Positions 20,260 to 30,223 of a DNA stretch of 64,000 nt are shown here, in pieces. The translations under genes and the position numbers were made by a program. Source of the DNA: an uncultured Thermoleophilia bacterium (GTDB lineage: Bacteria > Actinomycetota > Thermoleophilia > UBA2241); the NCBI GenBank assembly GCA_963715985.1, contig CAVQSP010000014.1:224001-288000 (forward strand). The letters are read 5' to 3'. Under the pieces are notes generated by a model. It was not told the origin of the DNA. It ran no database searches and saw only the letters and a program-made list of their open reading frames with translations. Position 1 is the stretch's first letter. Every line of letters starts with the position of its first letter.

Positions 20260-22022
20260 TGGCCGCAGCTGAGCCAGGTCGGCGTCGCGCGGCCCGCCGG
20301 CGCGGCGGGGGCCTGCGTTCGCTCACCAGGGCCGCCGCGCGCGGCGGTGGTGTGGCCGGCGGGCGCGGCGTGGACGGCCGCATCCGGCTCCTCCGCTTCC
20401 TGTTCATCGTCTTCCTGGTGCTGGCCGGCGGCAAGGCCGTGGCGCTGGCGTCCTCCTCCGCCAACCTCACGCAGATCGCCCTGCAGCAGCAGACCGCCAC
20501 GGTCGTGCTGCCCGCTCACCGCGGCGCCATCCTGGACCGCAACGGCCGCGAGCTCGCGGTGGGCAAGCCCGCCAAGACGGTGTTCGCCACCCCGTACTTG
20601 CTCAAGGATCCGCGCAGCGCCGCACGGCAGTTGTGGCGCGTCCTGCACATCCGCCGCCACGCCGAGCGCAAGGCTCTGGTCCAGAAGCTCTCGCAGTCCA
20701 AGAGGGGGTTCGCCTACGTGGCGCGCAAGATCGACCCCGATCTGGCCGAGGCGGCTTTGGCGCTGGACCTGCCCGGCGTGGGCGCGTACGACGAAGAGGA
20801 GCGCGCTTACCCCATGAAGGGGTCCGCGGGCCAGGTGCTCGGCTTCGTCGGCGTGGACGGCAACGGCCTGGAAGGTCTCGAGAGCACCTACGAGAAGGAT
20901 CTCGCCGGGGTGGCGGGCAGCGAGGTGATCGTCCGCGATCCCGCCGGGCGCACGCTCAGGACGATCCATGAGACGCAGCCCACGTCGGGCGCCGACGTTC
21001 AGCTCACGCTGGACGAGACCATCCAGTACGCGGCCGAGGACGTGCTCAAGACGACGCTGCGCACGAGCGGCGCCAAGGCCGCCACGGCCATCGTGATGGA
21101 CCCGCGCACCGGCGAGGTCCTGGCGATGGCGAACGTGCCCACCCTGAAAGGCGACGTCTTCAACGCCGACAAGGACGTCAAGCGCAACCGCTGCGTCACA
21201 GACGTCTACGAGCCGGGCTCCATCTTCAAGCTCGTGACGATCTCCGGCGCTCTCGCCGACGGCCTCGTCACGCCGAAGACGAAGTTCACGCTGCCGCCGT
21301 CGCTCACCCTGTACGACAGGACGATCAACGAGTCTCACCCACGCGGCACCGTCACCTACTCGGTCCGCGAGATCCTCCAGTGGTCCAGCAACGTCGGCGC
21401 CGTGAAGATCGGCATGATGATGGGCAAGGACCGCCTGCTCAAGTGGATGAAGGCGTTCGGGTTCGGGGCAACGACAGGGATCGGCCTGTCGGGAGACGCC
21501 GAGGGCATCGTGCCTCCGGCGGAGCTGTGGTCGGGAACCTCGATCGCCAACATCCCCATGGGGCAGGGCATCGCCGTCACCCCCATGCAGATGGCCGTGG
21601 CGTTCTCCACGGTGGCCAACAAGGGGATCCGCATGACGCCGCGTCTCGTCGACCGGGTGGGCGGCAAGGCGACCGAGACGCCCGCCGGGCGCCGCATCAT
21701 ACCCGCCAGTGTCGCCGCAGACGTGCGTTCCATGCTGGCCACCGCCGTTGCCAAGGGCACCGGCACCAAGGCGCAGATCCCCGGCTACAAGGTGGCGGGC
21801 AAGACCGGCACCGCGGAGAAGCCACTCCCCAACGGCGGCGGCTACTCCAAGACCGACTTCGTGGCGTCCTTCATCGGGATGGTCCCCGCCGACCACCCCC
21901 GCCTCGTCGTTCTCGTGGCCGTCGACTCGCCGCGCTCGTCCATCTACGGCGGCGACATCGCGGCCCCGGCGGTGCAGAAGATCATGCGCTTCGCCCTGCA
22001 GCACCTGGAGATCGCCCCGTGA
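20259..22022 (+). CDS. ftsI: Class B penicillin-binding protein (FtsI/PBP3)
   Basis: RGAILDRNG, GLEGLE, EPGSIFK (SxxK), SSN, KTGTA. Confidence 0.92.
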   Translation: MAAAEPGRRRAARRRGGGLRSLTRAAARGGGVAGGRGVDGRIRLLRFLFIVFLVLAGGKAVALASSSANLTQIALQQQTATVVLPAHRGAILDRNGRELAVGKPAKTVFATPYLLKDPRSAARQLWRVLHIRRHAERKALVQKLSQSKRGFAYVARKIDPDLAEAALALDLPGVGAYDEEERAYPMKGSAGQVLGFVGVDGNGLEGLESTYEKDLAGVAGSEVIVRDPAGRTLRTIHETQPTSGADVQLTLDETIQYAAEDVLKTTLRTSGAKAATAIVMDPRTGEVLAMANVPTLKGDVFNADKDVKRNRCVTDVYEPGSIFKLVTISGALADGLVTPKTKFTLPPSLTLYDRTINESHPRGTVTYSVREILQWSSNVGAVKIGMMMGKDRLLKWMKAFGFGATTGIGLSGDAEGIVPPAELWSGTSIANIPMGQGIAVTPMQMAVAFSTVANKGIRMTPRLVDRVGGKATETPAGRRIIPASVAADVRSMLATAVAKGTGTKAQIPGYKVAGKTGTAEKPLPNGGGYSKTDFVASFIGMVPADHPRLVVLVAVDSPRSSIYGGDIAAPAVQKIMRFALQHLEIAP

Positions 22023-22103
22023 GCACCGCTGCCGCGCGGCGCTCGCGCGGAGGGCTGTCCGCCGCGGGAACGCGGCGAGGACCTTTTGATAGAATCCGCC
22101 GCG

Positions 22104-23621
22104 ATGAAGCTTGCCGAGCTGGTCAAGGGGGTCGAAGGCGCCACCGTGCGTGGCGATCCGGCCACCGACATCCGTGGCCTCGCCTACCACACGCGTGACG
22201 TCGCCGACGGCACGCTTTTCTTTTGTGTGCCCGGGCTCTCCTTCGACGGGCACGACTTCGCGGCCGGCGCTGTGGCCGCGGGCGCGGCCGCCGTGGTCTG
22301 CGAGCGGCCCACCAGCGTCGCGGTGCCCGAGGTGGTCGTGCCGTCCGTGCGCCTCGCCATGGCCCTCATGGGGTCGCGCTGGTACGGCGAGCCGTCTCGC
22401 GAGCTGCGCGTGGTGGGCGTCACCGGGACCAACGGCAAGACCACCACCGCACACCTCGTGGCCGGCATCATGACCGCGGCGGGCGAGCAGAGCGCGCTGC
22501 TGGGCACGGTGGTGAACCGCATCGGCGGCGTCGATCACGCCGTCATGCTCACCACCGCGGAGTCTCTGGACCTGCAGCGCATGTTCCGGGAGATGCTGGA
22601 TGCCGGCGACCGCGCCTGCGCCCTCGAGGTCAGCTCGCACGCGCTCTCCCAGGACCGCGCCGCCGGCATCGAGTTCGACGCCGTGGTCTTCAGCAACCTC
22701 ACGCGCGACCACCTCGACTACCACAAGGACCTTGAGGACTACTACGGAGCCAAGCGTCGCCTCTTCCTGCCTGGAGAGGGGCGCAACGGCTCCGCCAAGG
22801 CCATCGTCAACGTCGGCGACGAGTTCGGCCGGCGCCTCGCCGCTGAGTGCCGGCCGCTGTACGGCGACGACCTGTGGACGTGCCGCGTCGCCGCCGGGGC
22901 GGACGCCGACTCGCCCGGCGCGCCGGCGGACGCCGAGGCCCGCGACGTGCGCTTGCGCGCCGACGGCTCGGACTTCGTGCTCGCCGTCCCGCGCCTCGGC
23001 CTCGAGGAGCGGGTCACCCTGCGTCTGGCGGCGCGATTCAACGTCGAGAACGCCCTCGCGGCCGGCGCCACGGCGCTCGCCATGGGGTTGCCGGCCGCAG
23101 CCGTGCTCGAGGGTCTCGCGGTCACGGAGGGCGTCCCCGGCCGCTTCCAGGCGGTACGCGCAGGGCAGCCCTTCGCCGTCATCGTCGACTACTCGCACAC
23201 GCCGGACTCGCTGGAGAACGCGCTGCGCGCCGCGCGCAGCGTGACGCGCGGGCGCGTGCTGGTGGTGTTCGGCTGCGGCGGCGACCGCGACCGCGGCAAG
23301 CGCCCGCTCATGGGTGAGATCGGGGCGCGCCTCGCCGACCGGGCCTTCATCACCTCGGACAACCCGCGCAGCGAGGCGCCGCTGGCCATCATCGACGAGA
23401 TCGCCGCCGGTGTGCCTGCTGAGCGCGCGGAACACGTCACCCTGGAGCCGGACCGGAGGGTCGCGATCCGTCTGGCCCTGGACGAGGCCCGGGACGACGA
23501 CTGCGTGGTCATCGCCGGCAAGGGCCACGAGCAGGGCCAGATCATCGGCGACCGCCGCATCCCGTTCGACGACCGGGCCGTGGCCGAGGAGCTGCTGGCC
23601 GAGCTGGGCGGGGACTGGTGA
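22104..23621 (+). CDS. murE: UDP-MurNAc-tripeptide synthetase
   Basis: GTNGKTT, EVSSH, NLTRDHLDYH, DYSHTPD, GCGGDRD, DNPR (meso-DAP-type), GKGHE. Confidence 0.95.
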   Translation: MKLAELVKGVEGATVRGDPATDIRGLAYHTRDVADGTLFFCVPGLSFDGHDFAAGAVAAGAAAVVCERPTSVAVPEVVVPSVRLAMALMGSRWYGEPSRELRVVGVTGTNGKTTTAHLVAGIMTAAGEQSALLGTVVNRIGGVDHAVMLTTAESLDLQRMFREMLDAGDRACALEVSSHALSQDRAAGIEFDAVVFSNLTRDHLDYHKDLEDYYGAKRRLFLPGEGRNGSAKAIVNVGDEFGRRLAAECRPLYGDDLWTCRVAAGADADSPGAPADAEARDVRLRADGSDFVLAVPRLGLEERVTLRLAARFNVENALAAGATALAMGLPAAAVLEGLAVTEGVPGRFQAVRAGQPFAVIVDYSHTPDSLENALRAARSVTRGRVLVVFGCGGDRDRGKRPLMGEIGARLADRAFITSDNPRSEAPLAIIDEIAAGVPAERAEHVTLEPDRRVAIRLALDEARDDDCVVIAGKGHEQGQIIGDRRIPFDDRAVAEELLAELGGDW

Positions 23622-23625
23622 CGCC

Positions 23626-24991
23626 GTGCTGCCGCTGACGCTCGCCGAGGTCGCGGCCGCCTGCGGCGGCCACCTGCACGGCGAGGATCTCGAGGCCACC
23701 GTGAACGCGGTCAGCACAGATTCCCGGCGCGTGGCCCCCGGCGACCTGTTCGTCGGCCTGCGCGGCGAGTCGTTCGACGGCGACGCGTACGCCGCCGCCG
23801 CGCTGGCCGCGGGTGCGGCCGCCGTGGTCGTACGCGCCGAGACGGCAGCACTGCTGCCGCCGGGCTCCAGGGCAGTCGTGGTCGAGGACGGTCTGGCGGC
23901 GCTGCAGCTGCTGGCGACGCACGTGCGGCGCCGTTCCGGCGCCAAGGTGGTCGCCATCACGGGCAGCGCCGGCAAGACGTCGACCAAGGACGTGCTCGCC
24001 GCCCTGCTGCGCCCCGTGGCGCGCACGGTGGCCACCACCGCCAACTACAACAACGAGATCGGCGTGCCGCTCACGCTGCTGCAGATCGAGCCGGACACCG
24101 AGGTCGTGGTGGTGGAGATGGCCATGCGCGGCATGGGGCAGATCCGCGACGCTGGCACGCGTCGCCCTGCCCGACGTTGGCGTGATCACGACGATCGCCC
24201 CGGTCCACCTCGAGCTGGTCGGCACGGTGGAAGATGTGGCGGCGGCCAAGGCCGAGCTCATCGAGGAGTTGGACGGGGGCACCGCCGTGGTCCCCGCGGG
24301 CGAGGCGCTGTTGGAGCTTCACCTGGACCGCTTTCACGGCCGCGTCGTCACCTTCGGCGAGCCGGACGCCGACGTGCACCTCGTGGACGAGGAGCGCCGC
24401 GGCGAGAGCACGCATGCCCTGGTGGACGCGTTCGGCCATCGCGCCACCCTGGAGTTCAGCTTCACCGGCGGCCACTATCTGCAGGACGCACTGGCGGCAG
24501 TGGCTGCCTTCATCGAGCTCGGCTACCGTCTCGAGGAGGCGCGTCCCGGCGCCACCCAGGTCGCCTTCAGCGACCTCCGCGGCGCCGTCTCGCCGCTGAC
24601 CGGCGGCGGCCTGCTGCTCAACGACGCCTACAACGCCAACCCGGTGGCCATGAAGGCGGCGCTGGACCACCTCGTGAGCATCGCCGACGGTCGCCCGCTG
24701 GTGGCCGTGCTCGGCGACATGTACGAGCTGGGCGCCGCCGCCGCCGCGTACCACCGCGAGGTGGGCGAGTACTGCGCCGCGACCGGCGCGCGTCTCGTCG
24801 CCGTCGGCGACCTCGGCCGCGGCTATCTCACCGGCGCCCCCAGGGAGCGCTGGTTCGCCACCGTGGACGACTGTGTGGCGGCGCTGCCGGATGCCATACC
24901 CGCGGGCAGCGCCGTGCTCGTCAAGGCGTCGCGTGGCCTGCGCCTCGAACGCGTTGCCGAGGCGCTGGCCGCGGGCGGAGGGGGGACGTGA
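23626..24991 (+). CDS. murF: UDP-MurNAc-pentapeptide synthetase, apparent +1 frameshift at about 24148
   Basis: TDSR, GSAGKTSTKD, NNEIGVP, EMAMRG; after the shift HLE, NDAYNANP, LGDMYELG, VKASRG. Confidence 0.9.
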
Positions 24992-25977
24992 TGCTCAGGG
25001 CCATGGGCGCCGGCGTGGTGGCCATGATCCTCATGCTCGTCATCGGGCCGGCCTTCATCCGCTGGCTGCGCCACAACGAGTTCGGTCAGAACATCCGGGA
25101 AGACGGCCCTGAGGGTCACAAGGTCAAGGAAGGAACGCCCACCATGGGCGGCATGCTCATCTGGCTGGCCGTCATCGTGCCGTTCCTGATCTTCAGCCGC
25201 TTCTCCGTGGCGTCGCTCACGGTGATGATCGCGGCGCTGGGCAACGCCGCCATCGGCTTCGCCGACGACTGGATCAAGATCGTGCGCCGCCGCTCGCTGG
25301 GTCTCTCCGCCCGGTACAAGCTGCTGCTGCAGCTGGCGCTGGCGCTGTTCGTGGGCTTCGTGGCCCTGCACTTCGTCGGCCTGGACACGCGTGTCGACGT
25401 GCCCTTCACGTCCTGGAAGCTCGAGCTGGGCGGCATCGGCTTCTACGCCCTCATCTTCCTCGTGATCGCAGGGTTCTCCAACGCCGTGAACCTCACCGAC
25501 GGGCTGGACGGTCTGGCAGCCGGAGCCTCGGCCATCGTCCTCGTCGCGATGGCCGGCATCGCCTTCATCATCGGCCGCAACGCCAACGACCCGGGCATCT
25601 CCGACCTCATGGTGGTGGCCGGCTGCATCGGCGGCGCCTGTCTGGGCTTTCTCTGGTACAACACCTTCCCGGCGGACGTCTTCATGGGCGACACCGGCTC
25701 TCTGGGCCTGGGCGGCGCCATCGCCGGCCTGGCCGTGATGACGCGCACCGAGTTCGTGCTCGTCATCATCGGCGGCCTCTTCGTCCTGGAGGCCGCCTCG
25801 GTGGCGGCGCAGGTCATCGCCTTCAAGCTCTTCCACCGGCGCGTGCTGCTCATGGCGCCGCTGCACCACCACTTCGAGCTCAAGGCCTGGTCGGAGACCA
25901 AGATCATCGTGCGCTTCTGGATCGTGGCGGCGCTGTTCGCCGGCGCGGGGTTCGCGATCTACTACGCCACCTTCTAG
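24991..25977 (+). CDS. mraY: Phospho-N-acetylmuramoyl-pentapeptide transferase
   Basis: GTPTMGG, DDWIK, NAVNLTDGLDGL, FMGDTGS, MAPLHHHFE. Confidence 0.95.
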   Translation: MLRAMGAGVVAMILMLVIGPAFIRWLRHNEFGQNIREDGPEGHKVKEGTPTMGGMLIWLAVIVPFLIFSRFSVASLTVMIAALGNAAIGFADDWIKIVRRRSLGLSARYKLLLQLALALFVGFVALHFVGLDTRVDVPFTSWKLELGGIGFYALIFLVIAGFSNAVNLTDGLDGLAAGASAIVLVAMAGIAFIIGRNANDPGISDLMVVAGCIGGACLGFLWYNTFPADVFMGDTGSLGLGGAIAGLAVMTRTEFVLVIIGGLFVLEAASVAAQVIAFKLFHRRVLLMAPLHHHFELKAWSETKIIVRFWIVAALFAGAGFAIYYATF

Positions 25978-25988
25978 GAGCCGCCCCC

Positions 25989-27446
25989 GTGGATCTCAGC
26001 GACGTCCGTTGTCTCGCCGTGCTCGGCCTGCGCCGCAGCGGGCTGCCGGCGGCCCTGCTCGCGCGCCGGCGGTTGCCGACGGCGCGCGTCGTGGCGCTCG
26101 ACGAGGGCGCGGCACCCGACGACGCGGCGGCAGAGCTCCGCGCCGCCGGCGTGGAGGTGCTCACGGGCGCCGAGGCGGTGCTGCCGGAGGGGACCGACCT
26201 GCTCATCAAGAGCCCGGGCGTGCCCAACGAGAGCCCGGCGGTCCAGGATGCCTTGCGCCGCGGGGTGGCGCTCTGGAGCGAGGTGGAGTTCGCCGCCCGC
26301 TTCCTGCCCAACCGCGTGATCGGCATCACCGGCACCAACGGCAAGACGACCACCACGGAGCTGACGGGAGCGCTGTTCCGCGACGCCGGCCTGCCGGTGG
26401 CCGTGGGCGGCAACGTGGGCTTCGCGCTGGCCGGCATGCCGGAGGCGGTGCCGGCCGAGGCCGTGGTGGTGGCCGAGCTCTCCAGTTTTCAGCTCGAGCA
26501 CATCGAGCGCTTCCGCCCCGAGGTGGCCGTGCTCCTCAACCTCACCGAGGACCATCTCGACCGTCACGGCGACTACCGCGGCTACGTGGACGCCAAGCTG
26601 CGCATCTTCGAGAACCAGGAGGAGGGCGACCTCGCGCTGCTGAACGCGGACGACCCCGGCATCGCCGAGGAGGCCGGGGCCGGGCGGATCGGCGGCCGCG
26701 GCCGGCGTGCCTGGTTCTCCGCCGCGCCCGGGCGCGACACAGGGCCGGGGGGCCGGCCGCTGGTCGCCGGCGTGCGCCGCGACGGCACCCTGTGGCTGGC
26801 TCTGGAGGGGACGGGTGAGGCCGGAGGGCCTGCGGCCGCCGGCCCCGCCGTCGACCTGTGCCAAGCGCGCGAGCTGGCCCTGAAGGGCGAGCACAACCTG
26901 CAGAACTCCCTGGCCGCCGCCGCCGCGGCCTGCGCTCTCGGCGTCTCCGCCGGCTCGGCCGCGAGGACGTTGCGCACCTTCGAGGGGGTCCCGCACCGCC
27001 TCCAGGTGGCGGGCGTCGCCGGCGGCGTCACGTACATCAACGACTCCAAGGCGACCAACGTGGACGCCACCCTCAAAGCGCTGACCGCGTACACGACGCG
27101 CGTCCACCTGATCCTGGGCGGCTACGACAAGGGTGCGGAGTGGGACGAGCTGGTGCAGGCGACCGAGGGTCACGTGACGCGGGCCCTGCTCATCGGCGCC
27201 ACGGCGCTGCAGCTGGAGGCGGCCTTCGCGGCCCGCGCGGCCGCGGTAGGGCCGCAGGCGACACCGGCCGTGGTGTGCGGTGACCTGGAGACGGCGGTGC
27301 GGCTGGCGGGCTGCGACGCGCAGCCGGGCGACGTGGTGCTTCTGAGTCCGGCCTGTGCGAGCTGGGACCAGTATAGGGATTACGTGGAGCGGGGCGAACA
27401 CTTCCTCAGGCTCGTGCATGACCTGACAGCGACCGGCACACCGTGA
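25989..27446 (+). CDS. murD: UDP-MurNAc-L-Ala:D-Glu ligase
   Basis: KSPGVP, GTNGKTTT, ELSSFQL, DHLDRH, NDSKATN, LSPACASWDQY. Confidence 0.95.
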   Translation: MDLSDVRCLAVLGLRRSGLPAALLARRRLPTARVVALDEGAAPDDAAAELRAAGVEVLTGAEAVLPEGTDLLIKSPGVPNESPAVQDALRRGVALWSEVEFAARFLPNRVIGITGTNGKTTTTELTGALFRDAGLPVAVGGNVGFALAGMPEAVPAEAVVVAELSSFQLEHIERFRPEVAVLLNLTEDHLDRHGDYRGYVDAKLRIFENQEEGDLALLNADDPGIAEEAGAGRIGGRGRRAWFSAAPGRDTGPGGRPLVAGVRRDGTLWLALEGTGEAGGPAAAGPAVDLCQARELALKGEHNLQNSLAAAAAACALGVSAGSAARTLRTFEGVPHRLQVAGVAGGVTYINDSKATNVDATLKALTAYTTRVHLILGGYDKGAEWDELVQATEGHVTRALLIGATALQLEAAFAARAAAVGPQATPAVVCGDLETAVRLAGCDAQPGDVVLLSPACASWDQYRDYVERGEHFLRLVHDLTATGTP

Positions 27447-27462
27447 GCCCGCGGAGGCGCCG

Positions 27463-28884
27463 ATGACGAGATCGCCTCTCGACCACTCAGATTGGGTCGA
27501 CGATCGGCGGCCGCGGGGGCGCCGCGTGAGCGGCGCCCCCGCGGCCGCCGCGCGCACCGGCAGCGGTTTCCCCGCGCGGGCCTCCGCCTCCACTCGCCGC
27601 GACGCGGACGACGCCCGGCGCCGCGCCACCCAGCCGGCGCCCCGGCGCACCGCCTCGCGGCGCCGCACCGGCGCTCACGCGCTGCCGGGCCCGGGGGTCA
27701 CCGAGCGGCGCACCCTGCTGCTCGTCACGTTCATGCTCGTCCTGTACGGCTTGGTGATGGCGTACAGCGCCTCTACGGCCCAGGCGTACTTCGAGTACTC
27801 GTCGAGCTTCTACTTCGTCAAACGGCAGCTCGTCTGGGCGCTGCTCGGCGCGGGGACCATGTGGGTGCTCTCGCGCGTGGACTACGCCTGGTGGCGCCGC
27901 GCCGCGGTGCCCCTGGCCGCTGTGGTCGGCCTGGCTCTCGTCGCGGTGCTGGTGCCGGGCGTGGGCAGCGTGGTCAACGGTGCGCGCCGCTGGATCATCG
28001 TCGGCGGCCAGGGCATCCAGCCCAGCGAGCTCGCCAAGCTCGTCGCCGTCGTGCTCCTGGCGACGCTGATCGTGCGGCGCCCCAAGGAGCTGCAGACGCC
28101 CGTCGGCTTCGTCAAGCTCGCCGGCCTCGCCATCGTGCCCCCGGCGGCGCTCATCATGCTCGAGCCCGACCTCGGCACGACGCTGGTGCTCGTGGTCGCC
28201 GTCGTGGCCGTGCTCATCGCCGCGGGAGCGCGGCTGCGCCACCTGTTCGTGGCGGCCGTGGTCGGCCTCCTCGGCGTCCTCGTGATGATCGTGATCGAGC
28301 CGTACCGCCTGCAGCGCCTGGTCACCTTCATCGACCCGTGGAAGGACCCTCAGGGCAGTGGCTTCCAGGCCACCCAATCGCTCATCTCCATCGCCTCCGG
28401 GCACATCTTCGGCGTCGGTCTCGGCAACTCGGTGCAGAAGTTCGGCTTTCTGCCCGAGCAGGGCACCGACATGATCACCGGCATCATCGGGGAGGAGCTC
28501 GGGCTGGCCGGCATCGTGGTCCTGCTCGCGCTGTACGTGGCGCTCGCGTGGGCGTGCTTTCGCATCGCCCTCAGCTGCCGCGACCTGTTCGGCAAGCTGC
28601 TTGCCACCGGCATCACCGGCATCATCATCGGACAGGCCTGCATCAACGTGGGCGCGGCCCTGGGGCTGCTGCCGCTGACCGGCGTGCCGCTTCCGCTGGT
28701 CTCGCTGGGAGGTACCAGTCTCGTGGTGGTCTTCGCCGGCCTCGGCATCCTCCTCAACATCGCCACCAACCGGAGGAGCTACATCGTGGTGAGCAGCCCT
28801 CGCCGCGACGAGAGCAGGAGCACGAGACGTCCCAGCACGTCCCGAGGTACGGGATCTTCCCGGCGCAGCCGCCCGGCTGGATGA
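27463..28884 (+). CDS. ftsW: SEDS peptidoglycan polymerase FtsW
   Basis: NGARRWI, QPSELAK, EPDLGT, GEELG, TGVPLPLVSLGGTS. Confidence 0.93.
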   Translation: MTRSPLDHSDWVDDRRPRGRRVSGAPAAAARTGSGFPARASASTRRDADDARRRATQPAPRRTASRRRTGAHALPGPGVTERRTLLLVTFMLVLYGLVMAYSASTAQAYFEYSSSFYFVKRQLVWALLGAGTMWVLSRVDYAWWRRAAVPLAAVVGLALVAVLVPGVGSVVNGARRWIIVGGQGIQPSELAKLVAVVLLATLIVRRPKELQTPVGFVKLAGLAIVPPAALIMLEPDLGTTLVLVVAVVAVLIAAGARLRHLFVAAVVGLLGVLVMIVIEPYRLQRLVTFIDPWKDPQGSGFQATQSLISIASGHIFGVGLGNSVQKFGFLPEQGTDMITGIIGEELGLAGIVVLLALYVALAWACFRIALSCRDLFGKLLATGITGIIIGQACINVGAALGLLPLTGVPLPLVSLGGTSLVVVFAGLGILLNIATNRRSYIVVSSPRRDESRSTRRPSTSRGTGSSRRSRPAG

Positions 28885-28932
28885 CCATCTGTTGAGGACC
28901 GCGGCTGGGCGACGTCACCGCTCCGCTCGCCA

Positions 28933-28970
28933 GCCGGAGCCCGCCGGAGCCCGCCGGCGCCCGCCGGCGC
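28933..28970. repeat. Short tandem 10-bp repeat (GCCGGAGCCC-like, about 4 copies)
   Basis: gccggagcccgccggagcccgccggcgcccgccggcgc in the ftsW-murG spacer. Confidence 0.6.
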
Positions 28971-29121
28971 CGGGGAGGCGCGTCCGCGGATGCGTCGTCC
29001 CTCGCGGAGGATCGGACCCCGGAAGCAGGCGCGCCGTCCATGGTACAGAATGGTGGTCGCCTGCTCGGCACGGTCTGAGCAAGACCCCTGCACACCCGAT
29101 CCACCCGATGAAGGAGCCGCA

Positions 29122-30216
29122 GTGTCGTCACAACTCAGCGGAGTGACCGCTCTTCTCGCGGCGGGCGGGACCGGCGGGCACCTGCAGCCGGCGCTTGCCG
29201 TCGCGGAAGAGGCGCAGGCGCGCGGCGCGCGCGTCGTGGTCGTCACCACGCCGGCGCAGGTGGAGCGGGTGGCCGAGCGGTACACCGCGTATGCACTCGA
29301 GCTGAAGGGGTTCGCGCGCAGCATCGCGCCGCGGGAGTACGTTCGCACCGCGAAGCTGCTGGCCGCCGCCGTGCCGCGCGTACAGCGCATCCTCAAGGAG
29401 GTGCGGCCGGACGTGGCCGTGGGCGGCGGCGGTTTCGCCAGCGGGCCCGTGGTGGCGCTGGCGGCGGTGCAGGGGATCCCCGCTCTCGCCACCGAGGCCG
29501 ACGCCCACCTGGGCGTCGCCAACCGCATGCTCCGCCCGTTCGTCAGGCGCGTGTGTCTCAGCTTCCCCATCGAGGGTCTGGGGCCGCCCAAGTTCGTGGT
29601 GACGGGGCGGCCTCTGTCGCCTGGGCAGCTGACGGCCACGGCGCCCGAGGGCCGCGAGGCGTTCGGCCTGCGTCCCGACCTGCCGGTGGTGCTGGTGTTC
29701 GGCGGCAGCCAGGGCGCCCAGAGCATCAATCGCGCCTGCGTCGACGCCTTCGGGGGCCGTGACACCGGGCTGCAGCTCATCCACGTCTGCGGGCCACGCA
29801 ACCACGACGAGGTCCGCGCCGCCCTCGAGACGCGCGGCGAGCGGTTTGAGCACTACCGGCTGGTGGCCTACACTGACCGCCTGGCCGCCGCCATGGCGGC
29901 GGCCGACCTCGTCGTGGCGCGCTCCGGTGGGTCGGTGGCCGAGCTGGCGGCGCTGGGACGCCCGGCGATCCTGGTCCCCTATCCGTACGCCACGGCCGAC
30001 CACCAGCGCAAGAACGCGCGCTGGATGGTGGACGGCGGGGCCGCCCTGATGGTGGACGACGCCGGGCTGGACGGCGAGGTGCTGGGCGAGCTGGTCGCTG
30101 AGCTGCTCGCGCACACGGACCGCCTCGCGGCCATGGCCGCCGCCAGCGCGGCGCTGGGCCGCCCGGACGCCGCGCAGCGCGTGGTGGACGAACTGGTCGG
30201 ACTACTCGGGAGATGA
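29122..30216 (+). CDS. murG: Undecaprenyl-PP-MurNAc-pentapeptide GlcNAc transferase
   Basis: GGTGGH, GGGFASGP, FGGSQGA, RSGG, DHQRKNA. Confidence 0.93.
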   Translation: MSSQLSGVTALLAAGGTGGHLQPALAVAEEAQARGARVVVVTTPAQVERVAERYTAYALELKGFARSIAPREYVRTAKLLAAAVPRVQRILKEVRPDVAVGGGGFASGPVVALAAVQGIPALATEADAHLGVANRMLRPFVRRVCLSFPIEGLGPPKFVVTGRPLSPGQLTATAPEGREAFGLRPDLPVVLVFGGSQGAQSINRACVDAFGGRDTGLQLIHVCGPRNHDEVRAALETRGERFEHYRLVAYTDRLAAAMAAADLVVARSGGSVAELAALGRPAILVPYPYATADHQRKNARWMVDGGAALMVDDAGLDGEVLGELVAELLAHTDRLAAMAAASAALGRPDAAQRVVDELVGLLGR

Positions 30217-30223
30217 GACAACG

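Noticed and set aside
19899-24044. Long antisense ORFs (e.g. 1381 aa here, also 10935-13313, 33075-35816, 40371-43076)
   Set aside because: Shadow ORFs opposite well-recognised genes, expected in high-GC DNA; no motifs.
23314-25977. 887-aa ORF suggesting a MurF-MraY fusion
   Set aside because: Artefact of the murF frameshift. The murF C-terminal half lies in another frame and mraY has its own start.
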